The notes below the pieces were generated by a model. It saw only the letters and a program-made list of their open reading frames with translations. It had not been told where the DNA came from and ran no database searches. Below, piece by piece: positions 17,507 to 28,048 of a DNA stretch of 64,000 nt (the stretch's first letter is position 1; each line of letters opens with the position of its first letter). Source of the DNA: Minisyncoccota bacterium (GTDB taxonomy: Bacteria > Patescibacteriota > Minisyncoccia > Phycocordibacterales > Phycocordibacteraceae); assembly GCA_039927695.1 (NCBI GenBank), contig JBDSUM010000017.1, positions 1,631-65,630 on the forward strand, in the 5' to 3' direction. The translations under genes were made by a program, and so were the position numbers.

Positions 17507-19342
17507 TTAACTTGTTGAAGAAACTCCACCCTCTTCCTCCTGACGTTGCTTTTCGCGCTTTATAGCCAAAAGTTGGGAAGGGTCTGAAGTAATTATTTGA
17601 TCTTCGGTGTAGGACGCTACTATCTTAATAGCTACGTGCTTTAGACCAGCGAAGAACAAGCCTTCCCCCACTCCTGATTCGAGCAAGAGGAATTTCTCTT
17701 CGTCAGTGAGATTGAAAGTTTCTTTTAGGATATCGATCGTTGTCGGTGATTGCTTGAGGAGAAGCTGAATGGACGAGTTTGTAAGAATCGGGCGGCCATA
17801 CGGGCTGCGAAGGAAGTCTTCAACGTCCTGTGTGATAGTTGCAACCCCAAGGAAGTATTTACGACCACGCTTAGCGAGTGAGTACAAGAATGAAGCGGTG
17901 TCGTCTGATTTCATCATCCACCACGCTTCGTCGATTATGAGTAATCGCTTCTTAAGCTCTGCACGAACAGCATTCCAAATGAAGTGCGTCACAATATACA
18001 TGGCGACAGGTTTAAGCTCGTCTTCCATGTCACGCACAGAAAACACAATGAATTGCTTCTTAATATCAACGTTTGTAGGGCGATTTAAGAATCCAGACCA
18101 CGTACCTTTAGTGTATTTTGTAAGACGAATGACGAGTGACTCAGAACCTTCCATACCGGAAAGCACATTCTCAAAATCCGAAAGGAGTGGCGGCTCCATG
18201 CCGTTGAAGTTTGCATCGCCCGTAATATCCTTTAATGCATAGGTTTCAGAGACGGCACGATCGATGATTGCGTCTTCTTCTGGAGAAAGTCCTCCAAGCA
18301 TGATGCGGAACAATCCAACAAGATTGATGATGTTTGAACGCAAGATATCAGCTGGCTCCTCATCTTCCTTAACCATTGGAAGGTCGAATGGATTAATGTG
18401 GTGCTCGCTTGAAAGAGAAATATTGAAAAGCCGCCCGCCTGTTGCTTCGGCGAGGTATTCATATTCGCGCTCAGGATCGATGACGATAACGTCTGTATCA
18501 AACATGAGTGAACGAAGAATCTCAAGCTTCACAGCATATGACTTACCTGAACCAGACTTAGCGAACACTACGGAGTTGTAGTTCTCAAGAGAGAAGCGAT
18601 CGAAAAGAATGAGTGACGCGTTGTGTCGATTGATTCCATACAAGATTCCACGGTCACTTGAAAGGTCAAATGATACGAATGGGAAAATACTTGAGAGCGG
18701 AGAAGAGTTCATCTTTGAATGAACATTCAATTCATCAGAAGCGATTGGGAGAGTAGAGCGGAAACCCTGTTCCTGTTCGAAGAGTGCGGGCTTTGTATAT
18801 ACGAGCTTTGAGTCCAGAATTCCACGCACGTCTCCCTCAACCTTATCGAGTTCTTCTTTAGAGGACGCGTAGAGGGTAAGGTAAAGACCAACGTCAAAAA
18901 GTCGTTCCTGTGCTTGCTGGAGATTGTCACGAAGTGTTTCAAGGTCCTGGTACGCAGTGTCGAGCATCGGATCGCGCACAAGCCCTTTTGCTTCCCTATC
19001 GGCGATCTGACTTTGTACTTCCGCAACTTTCTTCTGGAAATTGCGCAATGCCTGCGCTGTTTCCATAGGATGAATGAAGATAGACACATCCAACACTTTG
19101 TCGAGGTTTACGATTGGCGTGAACCAACTGTCTGTAAGGAATCGAGGATATGAAATGGTGTAGAACGTACGTGAGACTTTCTCACCGAGCTCTATTTCTC
19201 GGGAGCCTACCTTCATCGCCGCAGGCGCTATGGTGTCAGCGAGCTCTAGCGTACCAGCTGCATATATATCTTTAGGAAGAACCGGAGCGACCCTCGGTTC
19301 GTCATCTTTGTCTCCTCGTCCTAGAAAATCAAGTAAAGCCAT
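17507..19342 (-). CDS. virB4: VirB4-like type IV secretion ATPase
   Basis: Walker A AKSGSGKS, VIDPEREY, INPFDL, Walker B LLIIDEAW, RGRKY, ITQDVEDF. Confidence 0.92.
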   Translation of the reverse strand: MALLDFLGRGDKDDEPRVAPVLPKDIYAAGTLELADTIAPAAMKVGSREIELGEKVSRTFYTISYPRFLTDSWFTPIVNLDKVLDVSIFIHPMETAQALRNFQKKVAEVQSQIADREAKGLVRDPMLDTAYQDLETLRDNLQQAQERLFDVGLYLTLYASSKEELDKVEGDVRGILDSKLVYTKPALFEQEQGFRSTLPIASDELNVHSKMNSSPLSSIFPFVSFDLSSDRGILYGINRHNASLILFDRFSLENYNSVVFAKSGSGKSYAVKLEILRSLMFDTDVIVIDPEREYEYLAEATGGRLFNISLSSEHHINPFDLPMVKEDEEPADILRSNIINLVGLFRIMLGGLSPEEDAIIDRAVSETYALKDITGDANFNGMEPPLLSDFENVLSGMEGSESLVIRLTKYTKGTWSGFLNRPTNVDIKKQFIVFSVRDMEDELKPVAMYIVTHFIWNAVRAELKKRLLIIDEAWWMMKSDDTASFLYSLAKRGRKYFLGVATITQDVEDFLRSPYGRPILTNSSIQLLLKQSPTTIDILKETFNLTDEEKFLLLESGVGEGLFFAGLKHVAIKIVASYTEDQIITSDPSQLLAIKREKQRQEEEGGVSSTS

Positions 19343-19345
19343 AGG

Positions 19346-19975
19346 TTATTGCGTATAAGGGATAGGGTTTTCCATATCCGCCAAATTAAAAGAACGATAC
19401 AAGAGCTCGATTATTTCTTCAGTATTAAGAGGCACCGCTCGCAGGCCTGAGGCCGCAAGTCCTCCAGCCACAAGTGACATACGTTGCTCAAGCTGCACAC
19501 GAGTTTCTTCAAACGAGGTATCCCCTTCTGAGCTAGTTGGGGAATGTCCTCCGAAGAATGGAAGTGCGCTCACCGCCTGCTTCACATTTAAAACGCTGTA
19601 CGGCACAACGATATAGAATGTCTTGGTCATAATATCCGCACCTTCAATGAAGTTACGAATGAAGGCTTGGTATTCGCGAAGCTGAATACGCATGAGTTCG
19701 CTCGTCTGCATTTCCATACGCTCCTGCAAAAGCCCGAGGTAGGGACGAATATCCATCTTTCGAGAATGAATAACTATTTGTATAGAAAAATCGAGTGTAT
19801 TAAGAAAGTTCTGGAAACCACCGATGATAGCTTTTTGCTCGTCTTCGGATTTGAGCGCGAAGTTAAGCGACGAGCACATCATGATGCCGCGATACCCGCC
19901 ATCTTTAAGTATGACTACGCCATTGCGTACTTCTTGAACGGGAACAAAGGACTGTGTTGATTTAGATGTTGCCAT
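19346..19975 (-). CDS. VirB4/TraC N-terminal-like T4SS-associated protein
   Basis: SLNFALKSEDEQKAII..FQNFLNTLDF.IQI; lies between PrgI and VirB4. Confidence 0.7.
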   Translation of the reverse strand: MATSKSTQSFVPVQEVRNGVVILKDGGYRGIMMCSSLNFALKSEDEQKAIIGGFQNFLNTLDFSIQIVIHSRKMDIRPYLGLLQERMEMQTSELMRIQLREYQAFIRNFIEGADIMTKTFYIVVPYSVLNVKQAVSALPFFGGHSPTSSEGDTSFEETRVQLEQRMSLVAGGLAASGLRAVPLNTEEIIELLYRSFNLADMENPIPYTQ

Positions 19976-19978
19976 ACC

Positions 19979-20398
19979 TTATATAGGTTCTTGTGGACTA
20001 TTTTGGTCCTTAATATCGAGCGAAAGTGCCAAATCCTTGAGTCTTCCTGAAGAAATACCGAGTTTCTCACGTGGCGGAAGTGGTGCGACAGGCACTACTG
20101 GTCTAGCCTGCTCACTCTTTTCTTCCTTCTTCCAAAGATAGAGACGATCTTTGGTATAGAACGAGAGCCCTGCACCCAACATATCAGTGAAACTCTTATT
20201 GTTTACTTTATAGAAAGCCAAAGCTCCTGCAAAACCTCCTACTGGAATACAGAGTATGATTGCAACAACAAGGGGTAAGTACAAAACAAACACAACACAG
20301 AGCCCAATACCACCGGCAAGGTAAATGAACTGCTTAAGGGTCAGTGGTCCAAAAATCTTGTCTTCAACTTCGATGAACTGTGGAACTTGGTACTCCAT
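19979..20398 (-). CDS. prgI: PrgI family (VirB3-like) protein
   Basis: YQVPQFIEVEDKIFGPLTLKQF plus two TM helices. Confidence 0.85.
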   Translation of the reverse strand: MEYQVPQFIEVEDKIFGPLTLKQFIYLAGGIGLCVVFVLYLPLVVAIILCIPVGGFAGALAFYKVNNKSFTDMLGAGLSFYTKDRLYLWKKEEKSEQARPVVPVAPLPPREKLGISSGRLKDLALSLDIKDQNSPQEPI

Positions 20399-20459
20399 TA
20401 TAGCTAGTATACCAGCAGTTCTTACTCGTACTCAGTTACTTAACAACTTGAACCTAAAA

Positions 20460-21149
20460 TTAATGCCCTCCGCCGTGTCCTCCTCCCCCATGACCACCTG
20501 CAGCTTTCTTTGCTCCACCACTGCTACCGCCCTTTCCACCAGCTAGCTTCATTGCCTGGTCCTTAAGCTTGAGTACGGTAGTCATTCCAAGTGCAAATAC
20601 TGCACCGATAGCCCCTGCAATCAAGAGGGCACTCCATTTAACGAACTTCCCCGCCCACCAGAATAACCCTTTCTTTATTTTTGCACCCTCACCTCCGCCA
20701 GTTGCTGGTCCGTGAGCGTCACCCCCTTCCTTTCTCATAGCTCCGCCAGCTGCAGCTACAGGAACCCGCTCAATTGTAGAGGTTTCTCTGCTGTGACCAG
20801 CTTCTCTTTCGGCAACTGTTTCTGCAGTGAATATCTGTTCACTTTCCGGTACCGACAGCTCTTCCTCAATCACTTCAAGTTGTTTTTCGTCATGTATCAT
20901 TCCAAGACGCCCCATCACACTCTTTAATTTTTCCTCATCATCAGGAACCATTGCATCATTATCATTTGCAGTTTCCTGAGAAGGCATCGAATACACCGCC
21001 TCATTATCATTTGCTGCTTCAATACTTGGCGTTGGAATAGAAAAAACTACTTCCTCATCATTTGCAGCCATTGGCGTCTCATGGGGATGGTCATTAAGAA
21101 CTGGTTCTGCTTGGGCGTGATTAAGTTTTGGCATAGCGTTTAAACTCAT
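20460..21149 (-). CDS. Acidic protein with AAND repeats, C-terminal TM helix and Gly/His tail
   Basis: 229-aa ORF in the same-strand locus. Confidence 0.65.
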   Translation of the reverse strand: MSLNAMPKLNHAQAEPVLNDHPHETPMAANDEEVVFSIPTPSIEAANDNEAVYSMPSQETANDNDAMVPDDEEKLKSVMGRLGMIHDEKQLEVIEEELSVPESEQIFTAETVAEREAGHSRETSTIERVPVAAAGGAMRKEGGDAHGPATGGGEGAKIKKGLFWWAGKFVKWSALLIAGAIGAVFALGMTTVLKLKDQAMKLAGGKGGSSGGAKKAAGGHGGGGHGGGH

Positions 21150-21161
21150 TAGGCTAGTATA

Positions 21162-22019
21162 TCAACTAATTTGCTCACGATATGGGTCTGAACCATATTC
21201 CTTTGTAAGGGGTTCGGGTCTAGCAATAACAGGAGCTTGAGATGCTTGTGGCTTAAATAACGGCAACTCAGCTGGCTTAGCTGGACTCCATGATCTCGGT
21301 ATCTCAATCGGTGGAGGGGCCGGAACCGCACGTGAATTTACCGGCATTGATGTGTAAGGTACTGATGCGGTCTGAAATGATTGAGCTGGAGACGTTTGCC
21401 ATGGGTGTGGAACTGTCGGCATAGTTCCTGGCAACGAGGCTGGAGCTACTGACTTTGGATGCGTTAGCGCGTCAACATCTCCAGCCATCGTTCGAGCGGG
21501 CTGTATCATTGTCGCCTCTTGTGCAACTGGAGCTTGGACAGGAGCTTGAGACTCAGGGCGAATGAGGTTGTACGCAGGTGGTTCTTGCGGAGTCGGCGGA
21601 GTGACGACGGGTGACGTTTGTGGAGCGGGCGTGGGTACATCATTTGCTGAGCCGACTTGCATGACAGGCACTTGAGCAAGTGTTGAGGGCTGGGGCGCTG
21701 GTGCAGCGCCTCCTATTTTACGTATTTCATCACGTAACGGTACAAACACTTCCTTATTTAAATCTGCAGTGAGTTGACGCGCGATTGGTTCGGGTACGCC
21801 AGCAAATTGGAGTTTGCCAACAAAATCCTCTGGTTTCAATATGCCAAGAAGCATATTTCGTATGTACTCAGTAACATCCCCTGCCACATCAATGTGCAAC
21901 TTGTACCTGTCAGCAACTTTAAGAATAAAATCTATCGCCGCTCCCTCGGTAAGAGAGTCCTGAATCGGTTTAGGCGAAGAATTAAATATTTCAAGAAGCT
22001 GATCGTCAGTAGGTTCCAT
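21162..22019 (-). CDS. Pro-rich hypothetical protein
   Basis: Helical N-domain, Pro/Ala linker, C-terminal DPYRE motif. Confidence 0.7.
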   Translation of the reverse strand: MEPTDDQLLEIFNSSPKPIQDSLTEGAAIDFILKVADRYKLHIDVAGDVTEYIRNMLLGILKPEDFVGKLQFAGVPEPIARQLTADLNKEVFVPLRDEIRKIGGAAPAPQPSTLAQVPVMQVGSANDVPTPAPQTSPVVTPPTPQEPPAYNLIRPESQAPVQAPVAQEATMIQPARTMAGDVDALTHPKSVAPASLPGTMPTVPHPWQTSPAQSFQTASVPYTSMPVNSRAVPAPPPIEIPRSWSPAKPAELPLFKPQASQAPVIARPEPLTKEYGSDPYREQIS

Positions 22020-22021
22020 AG

Positions 22022-24586
22022 CTATTTAACTTTAATAATACCTTTCCAATACTCCTTAACTTTAGGATTGGCCTTTAGAAGGGCTCTAAAGTCATTCCAA
22101 TGAGGATCTCCCGAAGCCTTAAGACTATTGATGTGATTTTTAACAATAGTTTGCTGTGCATCTGTTAATTTTCCTGGATCAACAAATGCTAACTGGCTCC
22201 CCGTCATCTCATTTAGAACTTCAGCGTTTACGATAGCCTCCCCTGGAATCTTACCAATCGCTTCCCTATTCATGCCCTTTAGTCTAGCTGAGACAAAAAT
22301 AGGGTCACTTAGACGTGCAGTTCTTGCCGTATCGAATTCACTTCGCTGGGCGTCTGTTAGATTATTATTCTTTTTAGCCTCTTTAAAGAGATCTTCGGAG
22401 AGTGCTGCCGCAAGCGACCCGTTCTTGAGAATGTCAGCGTGTGAACTCTGGGCGATTTGACCAAAGTCTTTGGCAGACAAACGGTTTACTGCTGTAGAAA
22501 GATTCTTTTGAGCTAAGTCGTTTTCAGTTTTAAGTGCTGTGTTAGCGGGATCATCTGCGAATGCTTTAGCTGCAGTTTCTGCTTTACGCGCTTGATCAGC
22601 AATACCACCGGCTCCACCAAAACGGAAATCACGCATTTCAATCTTCGCACTTTCATCAATTTCTTTATTATTCATCATCTTTTCGAACATTTCTGGAGAA
22701 AGGTTCTTTGCAATAAGGTCTAGCTTAGGACCATGGGCCTTGAGCACGCCGAGCTCAGCAAGTTGTGCCTCACTAACACCCTTAAGAGCTGCTGCCATAG
22801 ACGCGTTATTTGTTGCATCCCGAACCTTCTTACCAGCGGCAGCTCTATCAAATTCCTTATGACGTTCCTTGTGGTGTTTCTCACTAGCGTCAAACGATGT
22901 TGAGCCACCGAACTTAGCATTTCTTATAGAGGAGAACGCTGATGCAACTCCAGTATCAAGTCCCAAGACATTATTTTTAACAAATAAATTATGACCCAAC
23001 CTAGACTCATATTGTTTTTGGAGAGCTGCAGCGCCCCGGCCAAAAGTGTTACGACCAGCGACACTGCTCAAAGCTCCGAGCGGCTTTCCAATAATGCTCT
23101 GCGCCGTACTTATCGCATAGCTCGCCCCCATGGCACCAAAGGAACTGGCAGCTTTTAATGAGCCTATGAGAAAACCAATAACAATAACGAAAATGAGAAT
23201 AACCCCCATAGTAGAGGTGTCTGGAGCTGTAAGAGCACCGGCAAGACCATCCCCTCCCACATCGCCGAGCCTTTCGGTTACCTTGAGACTTATAAATATA
23301 AGAAGAAGTAATAGTGGGGCAAAGAATGCTTGATGCAAGAGAGTACTCCACCATCTTGAGGCTAATCCGTGGAGCGGTGGAATCGCCATACCTGCAAAAC
23401 CAATAGGCGCAAACACCATCAAGAGCGTGAGTGTGACAGCTCGAATCACGAGCATAATTGAAGCCGCAAGCATAACGATTGCACCGATAGTTGCAAAGAG
23501 GGCAAGGCCAACATACACGGCGATGCTTGGAATACCAAGATTGGCGCTATTAATCTTAAACATTGTAGAAAGACCGCTCGCTTGCATAATACTTCCTCCT
23601 ATACCGTAGTTAACGGAGCAGTTTGCATCATTAGCTTCTGCGGTGGCCAGGCTTGTTGTTTGCCCGGTAATAACTCCACTGAATCCTCCACATGGTTCTG
23701 AATTTGCTTGACTGTATAAAATGGTACTGAATACGTTTGAAGTATCAATAATTGCTTCGGCAGCAAAAAGGCTGAAGTTCATAAGAACCGCAAAAATAAT
23801 GAGTGGAGGAAGTGCTTTCTTTGCATTGTAAGTATGAAGATCTAGAATGGTAGCGAGACCCATGAAAATAAATCCGAAGAGTAAAACCATATTTCCCAAG
23901 TCGCGGAGAATACCCCACGCCAGTAGTAGTCCTGGAGAATTTCCAATAAGCTGCGAGAATTGGAACACTGTCTTTACAACAACAAGGTTGAAGAGAACAC
24001 CTGCAATGCCGAGTATGAAGGTGGCGATGTGGAGAATTGCTCCACCAACTGCGCCGAGAACTTGCTGGCCAACATCGGCAACAGCATTGGTAATTGGAGC
24101 TAGTAGTGACTTACCTACGTTTGCAACAGCTCCGCTACTAGAGCAGGAAGTGGCGCTGTCGCAAGTTTGCGTTGCGCCACTAAAATCGCCTCTCACATAG
24201 GAAACAGCTCCCGCTGCCGTAGTCACCTTACATACTGGCGGGCCGTTAGGTATATAGCATTGCAGCCTGTCACCTTTTTTATATGGCACGGTTAGACCGT
24301 AAAGACCGAAAGATACTGATGAGTCTATCTCTGCAACACCCCCACAATAATATGAGCTGATTGTAACCGAGCTACTCTCACTACAGCGGGTAAGAGTTGC
24401 TGGCGCATCTTTCCATACTCGCTCTAAATATTGCGCAGCGTTCTCAGTCGATGGGTCAGCTGGGGGATCAGCTGCAAGCGCATGCGGTGCAATTGGCGCT
24501 GAAAAAAGCATACCTCCAACAAATAGTGGGAGCATGAGGAAGTACGCTACCCTCTTAGAAAAACAATCTTTAGGGATTCTCCGCAT
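22022..24586 (-). CDS. VirB6/TrbL-like polytopic membrane protein
   Basis: W..LRDLGN, LIIFAVLMNFS..IID.SN, RAVTL.LLMVFAPIGF, WW..L...F.AP; long C-terminal helical extension. Confidence 0.75.
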   Translation of the reverse strand: MRRIPKDCFSKRVAYFLMLPLFVGGMLFSAPIAPHALAADPPADPSTENAAQYLERVWKDAPATLTRCSESSSVTISSYYCGGVAEIDSSVSFGLYGLTVPYKKGDRLQCYIPNGPPVCKVTTAAGAVSYVRGDFSGATQTCDSATSCSSSGAVANVGKSLLAPITNAVADVGQQVLGAVGGAILHIATFILGIAGVLFNLVVVKTVFQFSQLIGNSPGLLLAWGILRDLGNMVLLFGFIFMGLATILDLHTYNAKKALPPLIIFAVLMNFSLFAAEAIIDTSNVFSTILYSQANSEPCGGFSGVITGQTTSLATAEANDANCSVNYGIGGSIMQASGLSTMFKINSANLGIPSIAVYVGLALFATIGAIVMLAASIMLVIRAVTLTLLMVFAPIGFAGMAIPPLHGLASRWWSTLLHQAFFAPLLLLLIFISLKVTERLGDVGGDGLAGALTAPDTSTMGVILIFVIVIGFLIGSLKAASSFGAMGASYAISTAQSIIGKPLGALSSVAGRNTFGRGAAALQKQYESRLGHNLFVKNNVLGLDTGVASAFSSIRNAKFGGSTSFDASEKHHKERHKEFDRAAAGKKVRDATNNASMAAALKGVSEAQLAELGVLKAHGPKLDLIAKNLSPEMFEKMMNNKEIDESAKIEMRDFRFGGAGGIADQARKAETAAKAFADDPANTALKTENDLAQKNLSTAVNRLSAKDFGQIAQSSHADILKNGSLAAALSEDLFKEAKKNNNLTDAQRSEFDTARTARLSDPIFVSARLKGMNREAIGKIPGEAIVNAEVLNEMTGSQLAFVDPGKLTDAQQTIVKNHINSLKASGDPHWNDFRALLKANPKVKEYWKGIIKVK

Positions 24587-24591
24587 AGCGT

Positions 24592-26160
24592 TTATCTAGC
24601 GACACAACTTGAGGCCAGGTTAGTCATCTGAGTATAGAGAGTGGTCTGACTGCTGCTGGCGCTCGTTGGCTGGCTTTGTATAAATGCTTCGCCAAACTCA
24701 GTTGGAGAGATTATTGGCGAGGAAAGATACGTCTGGTAGCTTATAGTCGCATTTGAGATGACTTGGCTTTTATTTGGAGCATTACTTGCAGAGGCACTTT
24801 TAACTTGGTCTTCCTGCACATTTAACGCACTAAGTGCTCTGGAAGCCTTATCTAATTCTTGATTTCCTTGATTCAAAACGGTAGTTATTTCAGAACGAGT
24901 ACCACATGAAGTCTGTGCCTGAGTAGCTGCGCTGATAATAGTTCCCCACTGCTTCTGGAAATTATTCAAACTTGTACGGTCGTTCTCCAGGGTTTGTACC
25001 CAGCCATTAGCGAGACTTGTTGTCAGTGCATCATACTGTGACGGGCTTGTAGCTTGATCGAGGTACGAAGAGCCCCCACCAGATGTGGGTTGAGACGCTC
25101 CACTCAAGCCACCGCTACCAAGTACCTTATTTACCAACTGTCCCATAAGAGCACCAACGACTTCGTTTATAGAGTCAGCCGCTTGTAGCGAATCCAACCC
25201 CGACTGCAATGTCTTCGGCATCATGCCAACAATTACAGAACCAGGGGTACGTATTGGACTATTTCTACATTGTTCAGCTTTTGAAAGTGAAACAGGCTTC
25301 GTTCCCAGCGCAGTAGAAACCGCATTGTTAGCTGCAGCTAATGCGCCAGCTCTACCTCCTGTTGCAGGAGCGTTAGGGGTGTCTATAACACTTGTTGTGG
25401 GCGCAGCCGACGGAGACGTTGGGCACTCACCTCTCCATGACAGAAATCCTTGGCCATTTTGTATCTCTGACTGGCGTTGCTTCGTTGCAACATCAATACT
25501 CGCCCACAATTGGTCACTTGCCAGTTTATAAGCATCAAACGGGTTATTCGCAGGATTCTGACTTGCTGAGAAAAATCCATTAAAGCCACCTTGTGAGAAG
25601 TTTCCGTCTAGGAACGCTTTCGGATCAGTACTATGCCCGCTTAAGTCATATGCAGAAAGTCCAAGCGCTCCGCTAGTTTCGCGATAATACGCTGAGCGCA
25701 ATTTCTGATTTATTTGATCTTGGAATGGAGAACGTATGTTAAACCCGGTTGAATCCACCACAGTATTATTCAATTGATTAAAAAAATCATCAGCAACAGA
25801 ATCCCCTAGATACTTAAGGTTACTTTGAAGATCACTTACAAATGCTGGAGATCCATTAAATCCAGAGTTTATCCAATTAACAGTACTGCGTGTTATCGAT
25901 TGAATCGTTAGCTTAGCGACTGTCCATGCAAGGCCGTTAAGAATCTTTGATACTACGACAGAATCCACACTTGCTGCGGCACCAATAGTATTTTGAATAA
26001 GGTTTGTAGGATCGATAACAATGTCACCGACTCCCAAAAATGCTTCAGCCTTAGGAGCTTCGTGTACTGCAAAAGATCCATAAGACAGACCTAAAACAAT
26101 AGTGAGAGACAGTACTCCAGCACCAATCTTTTTAACCCATGTACGTGTTCGGGAAGTCAT
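24592..26160 (-). CDS. Secreted/membrane protein with a TrbJ/VirB5-like N-terminal motif
   Basis: Signal peptide, then VIDPTNLIQN; STVNWINSGFNGSPAFV. Confidence 0.6.
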   Translation of the reverse strand: MTSRTRTWVKKIGAGVLSLTIVLGLSYGSFAVHEAPKAEAFLGVGDIVIDPTNLIQNTIGAAASVDSVVVSKILNGLAWTVAKLTIQSITRSTVNWINSGFNGSPAFVSDLQSNLKYLGDSVADDFFNQLNNTVVDSTGFNIRSPFQDQINQKLRSAYYRETSGALGLSAYDLSGHSTDPKAFLDGNFSQGGFNGFFSASQNPANNPFDAYKLASDQLWASIDVATKQRQSEIQNGQGFLSWRGECPTSPSAAPTTSVIDTPNAPATGGRAGALAAANNAVSTALGTKPVSLSKAEQCRNSPIRTPGSVIVGMMPKTLQSGLDSLQAADSINEVVGALMGQLVNKVLGSGGLSGASQPTSGGGSSYLDQATSPSQYDALTTSLANGWVQTLENDRTSLNNFQKQWGTIISAATQAQTSCGTRSEITTVLNQGNQELDKASRALSALNVQEDQVKSASASNAPNKSQVISNATISYQTYLSSPIISPTEFGEAFIQSQPTSASSSQTTLYTQMTNLASSCVAR

Positions 26161-27164
26161 TATTTTGGTTGGCTAAGTCTACCGAGAAATACAATCAATG
26201 AACCCGGCGTACCATTCGCAGGCTCACCTCCCTGCAATATGATAGTCGCAATTTTTGTAAGCGTCGTTGCGAGCAATGCTGAAGAATCTTGATAGGTAGA
26301 AAACGCACCGAGAGTACCTAGCGGATCTTTTTCGTATACCGTAATAACATTCGTCGACTTTGCAAGAGAATCAAACGCTTGCACAAGTGCCACATGCTGA
26401 GGCACGAGCGCTGGCGGCACAGAGACTGTCATCAGGTCGTTTGCGATTGCACGATATGCGCTCGATATTGCTATAAGTTTTGGACGGGCGCTCTCGTCAT
26501 TCTTTTCTATCAACGCTTCCATGAGTGGTAGCGGTTGGCTGTTTCCAGCCGGTACGTCATGAGCACGTACTATTTTTTCTACGGATGCCGCGTACGTAAG
26601 AATGTCTATAGAAGGATTCGTGTGAACAGATACCCCTGAGTACGATGAGGCGAGAACTTTACCTGCGCGAGTGCTGAAGTCTCCAAGAAGTTGTGTGAGT
26701 AAAGCTTGTTGTGCCTCGGGAGTCATTTGCTGACCACCTGTAGCTTGGAAAAACTTTTGTAAAAATTGTTGCGAGAACTCGTCAGTGACACTTCCCGGCG
26801 CGGCATCTGGTCCTGGGATGTCTGCTTTGGTAATTGTAGTCGTAGCTTGATCTGCAGGAAGCTGGCTCTTGAGTCCTGTTGGCGTTAGGAGTCCTTTCTG
26901 AGCTGCTTCCCCGTCAGGAATACCGTATGAGTTTGAAATTGCTTTGCTAGGATCAGTACCGTAGAGAGTTTCCTGCCAGTCTGGAAGACCATCATTGTCC
27001 GTGTCCTTTGCAGCGTATGCTGCGAGGAGTTCTTGTGTCGATTCCGCGCTCGCTGAGTTAGTACCAAAAATAGTTGGACCAGAAATTATGTATGAAACGC
27101 CCATGAATGAGAGCGCCAATCCTGATGCTGCGATGATGCGAGTTGTTCGTGCAGATATACTCAT
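26160..27164 (-). CDS. Membrane-anchored protein with a Ca-binding DxDxDG motif
   Basis: DTDNDGLPDWQETLYGTDP after an N-terminal TM helix. Confidence 0.7.
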   Translation of the reverse strand: MSISARTTRIIAASGLALSFMGVSYIISGPTIFGTNSASAESTQELLAAYAAKDTDNDGLPDWQETLYGTDPSKAISNSYGIPDGEAAQKGLLTPTGLKSQLPADQATTTITKADIPGPDAAPGSVTDEFSQQFLQKFFQATGGQQMTPEAQQALLTQLLGDFSTRAGKVLASSYSGVSVHTNPSIDILTYAASVEKIVRAHDVPAGNSQPLPLMEALIEKNDESARPKLIAISSAYRAIANDLMTVSVPPALVPQHVALVQAFDSLAKSTNVITVYEKDPLGTLGAFSTYQDSSALLATTLTKIATIILQGGEPANGTPGSLIVFLGRLSQPK

Positions 27165-27229
27165 AAAAGCTATTGAAATAGTAGCATGAACACTCTATTA
27201 AGGACGTTGTCCTATAGCTGGCATGTGTA

Positions 27230-28045
27230 TTACTTTTGCGTGTCTTTGTACGCTCCGATTATTTCTGCGAGCGCTTTCCATGAATCAAGTTTCATATCTT
27301 CCGACCGAATATTTTCATCAAGTCCAACGCTTCGAAGACTTTCCAAAATAAATGCTGCAGGCGCTAAATCTTCCAAATTCTTTGCAAGACGTTTTCTTTT
27401 GTGTGCAAAGCCAGTCTTCAGTACCTTGAAGAACATTTTCTCTTCCTCTGGGCTAAAAAAAGCATCATTTCGTATGTTTTGTATAGAAATAACTGCAGAA
27501 TCAACGTTTGGCGCGGGGCGGAACGCCCCGCGAGGTACGGTAAAGCAGTATGTTGGCTCTCCGTAAGCCTTTACGGAGAGCGAAAGGATACTTTGTTTGT
27601 CGTGGGAACGAGCAATTCTCTCAGCTACCTCCTTCTGAACGAGCAAGGTCATAGAATATGGCTTATGTTCAGCTTCAAGGAACATCCGCATGATTTCACC
27701 GGTAATGTAATACGGAATATTTGCGACGAGAGCATACGGATTTCCTAGCGATGTCGGATCAAATGAGCGTATATCTCCGTGAATGAGCTCAAGTTTCCCC
27801 ATCTCAATCTCACTTGCGAAGGTTTCAGCAAGTTGTGGCACAAGTTCGTCATCGGCTTCTACCGCCACCACTTTTCCTGTTTTTGCGAGTAAAGCCCGTG
27901 TAAGCATGCCCGTGCCAGGGCCTATTTCAAGCACCGTTGCTCCTTCGGGCAGCAAGGCGCTCATAACTATGCGTTCCGCTATCTGCGGATGCATCAGAAA
28001 GTTCTGACCCAGTGATTTCTTCGGAAGGTTTCGAGGAGGAGTCAT
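27230..28045 (-). CDS. rsmA: 16S rRNA dimethyltransferase RsmA/KsgA
   Basis: KKSLGQNFL, LEIGPGTG, ANIPYYIT, PAPNVDSA. Confidence 0.97.
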   Translation of the reverse strand: MTPPRNLPKKSLGQNFLMHPQIAERIVMSALLPEGATVLEIGPGTGMLTRALLAKTGKVVAVEADDELVPQLAETFASEIEMGKLELIHGDIRSFDPTSLGNPYALVANIPYYITGEIMRMFLEAEHKPYSMTLLVQKEVAERIARSHDKQSILSLSVKAYGEPTYCFTVPRGAFRPAPNVDSAVISIQNIRNDAFFSPEEEKMFFKVLKTGFAHKRKRLAKNLEDLAPAAFILESLRSVGLDENIRSEDMKLDSWKALAEIIGAYKDTQK

Positions 28046-28048
28046 ATG

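Noticed and set aside
12971-27164. Conjugative ICE
   Set aside because: No relaxase, coupling protein, integrase or att repeats; the locus sits among core genes
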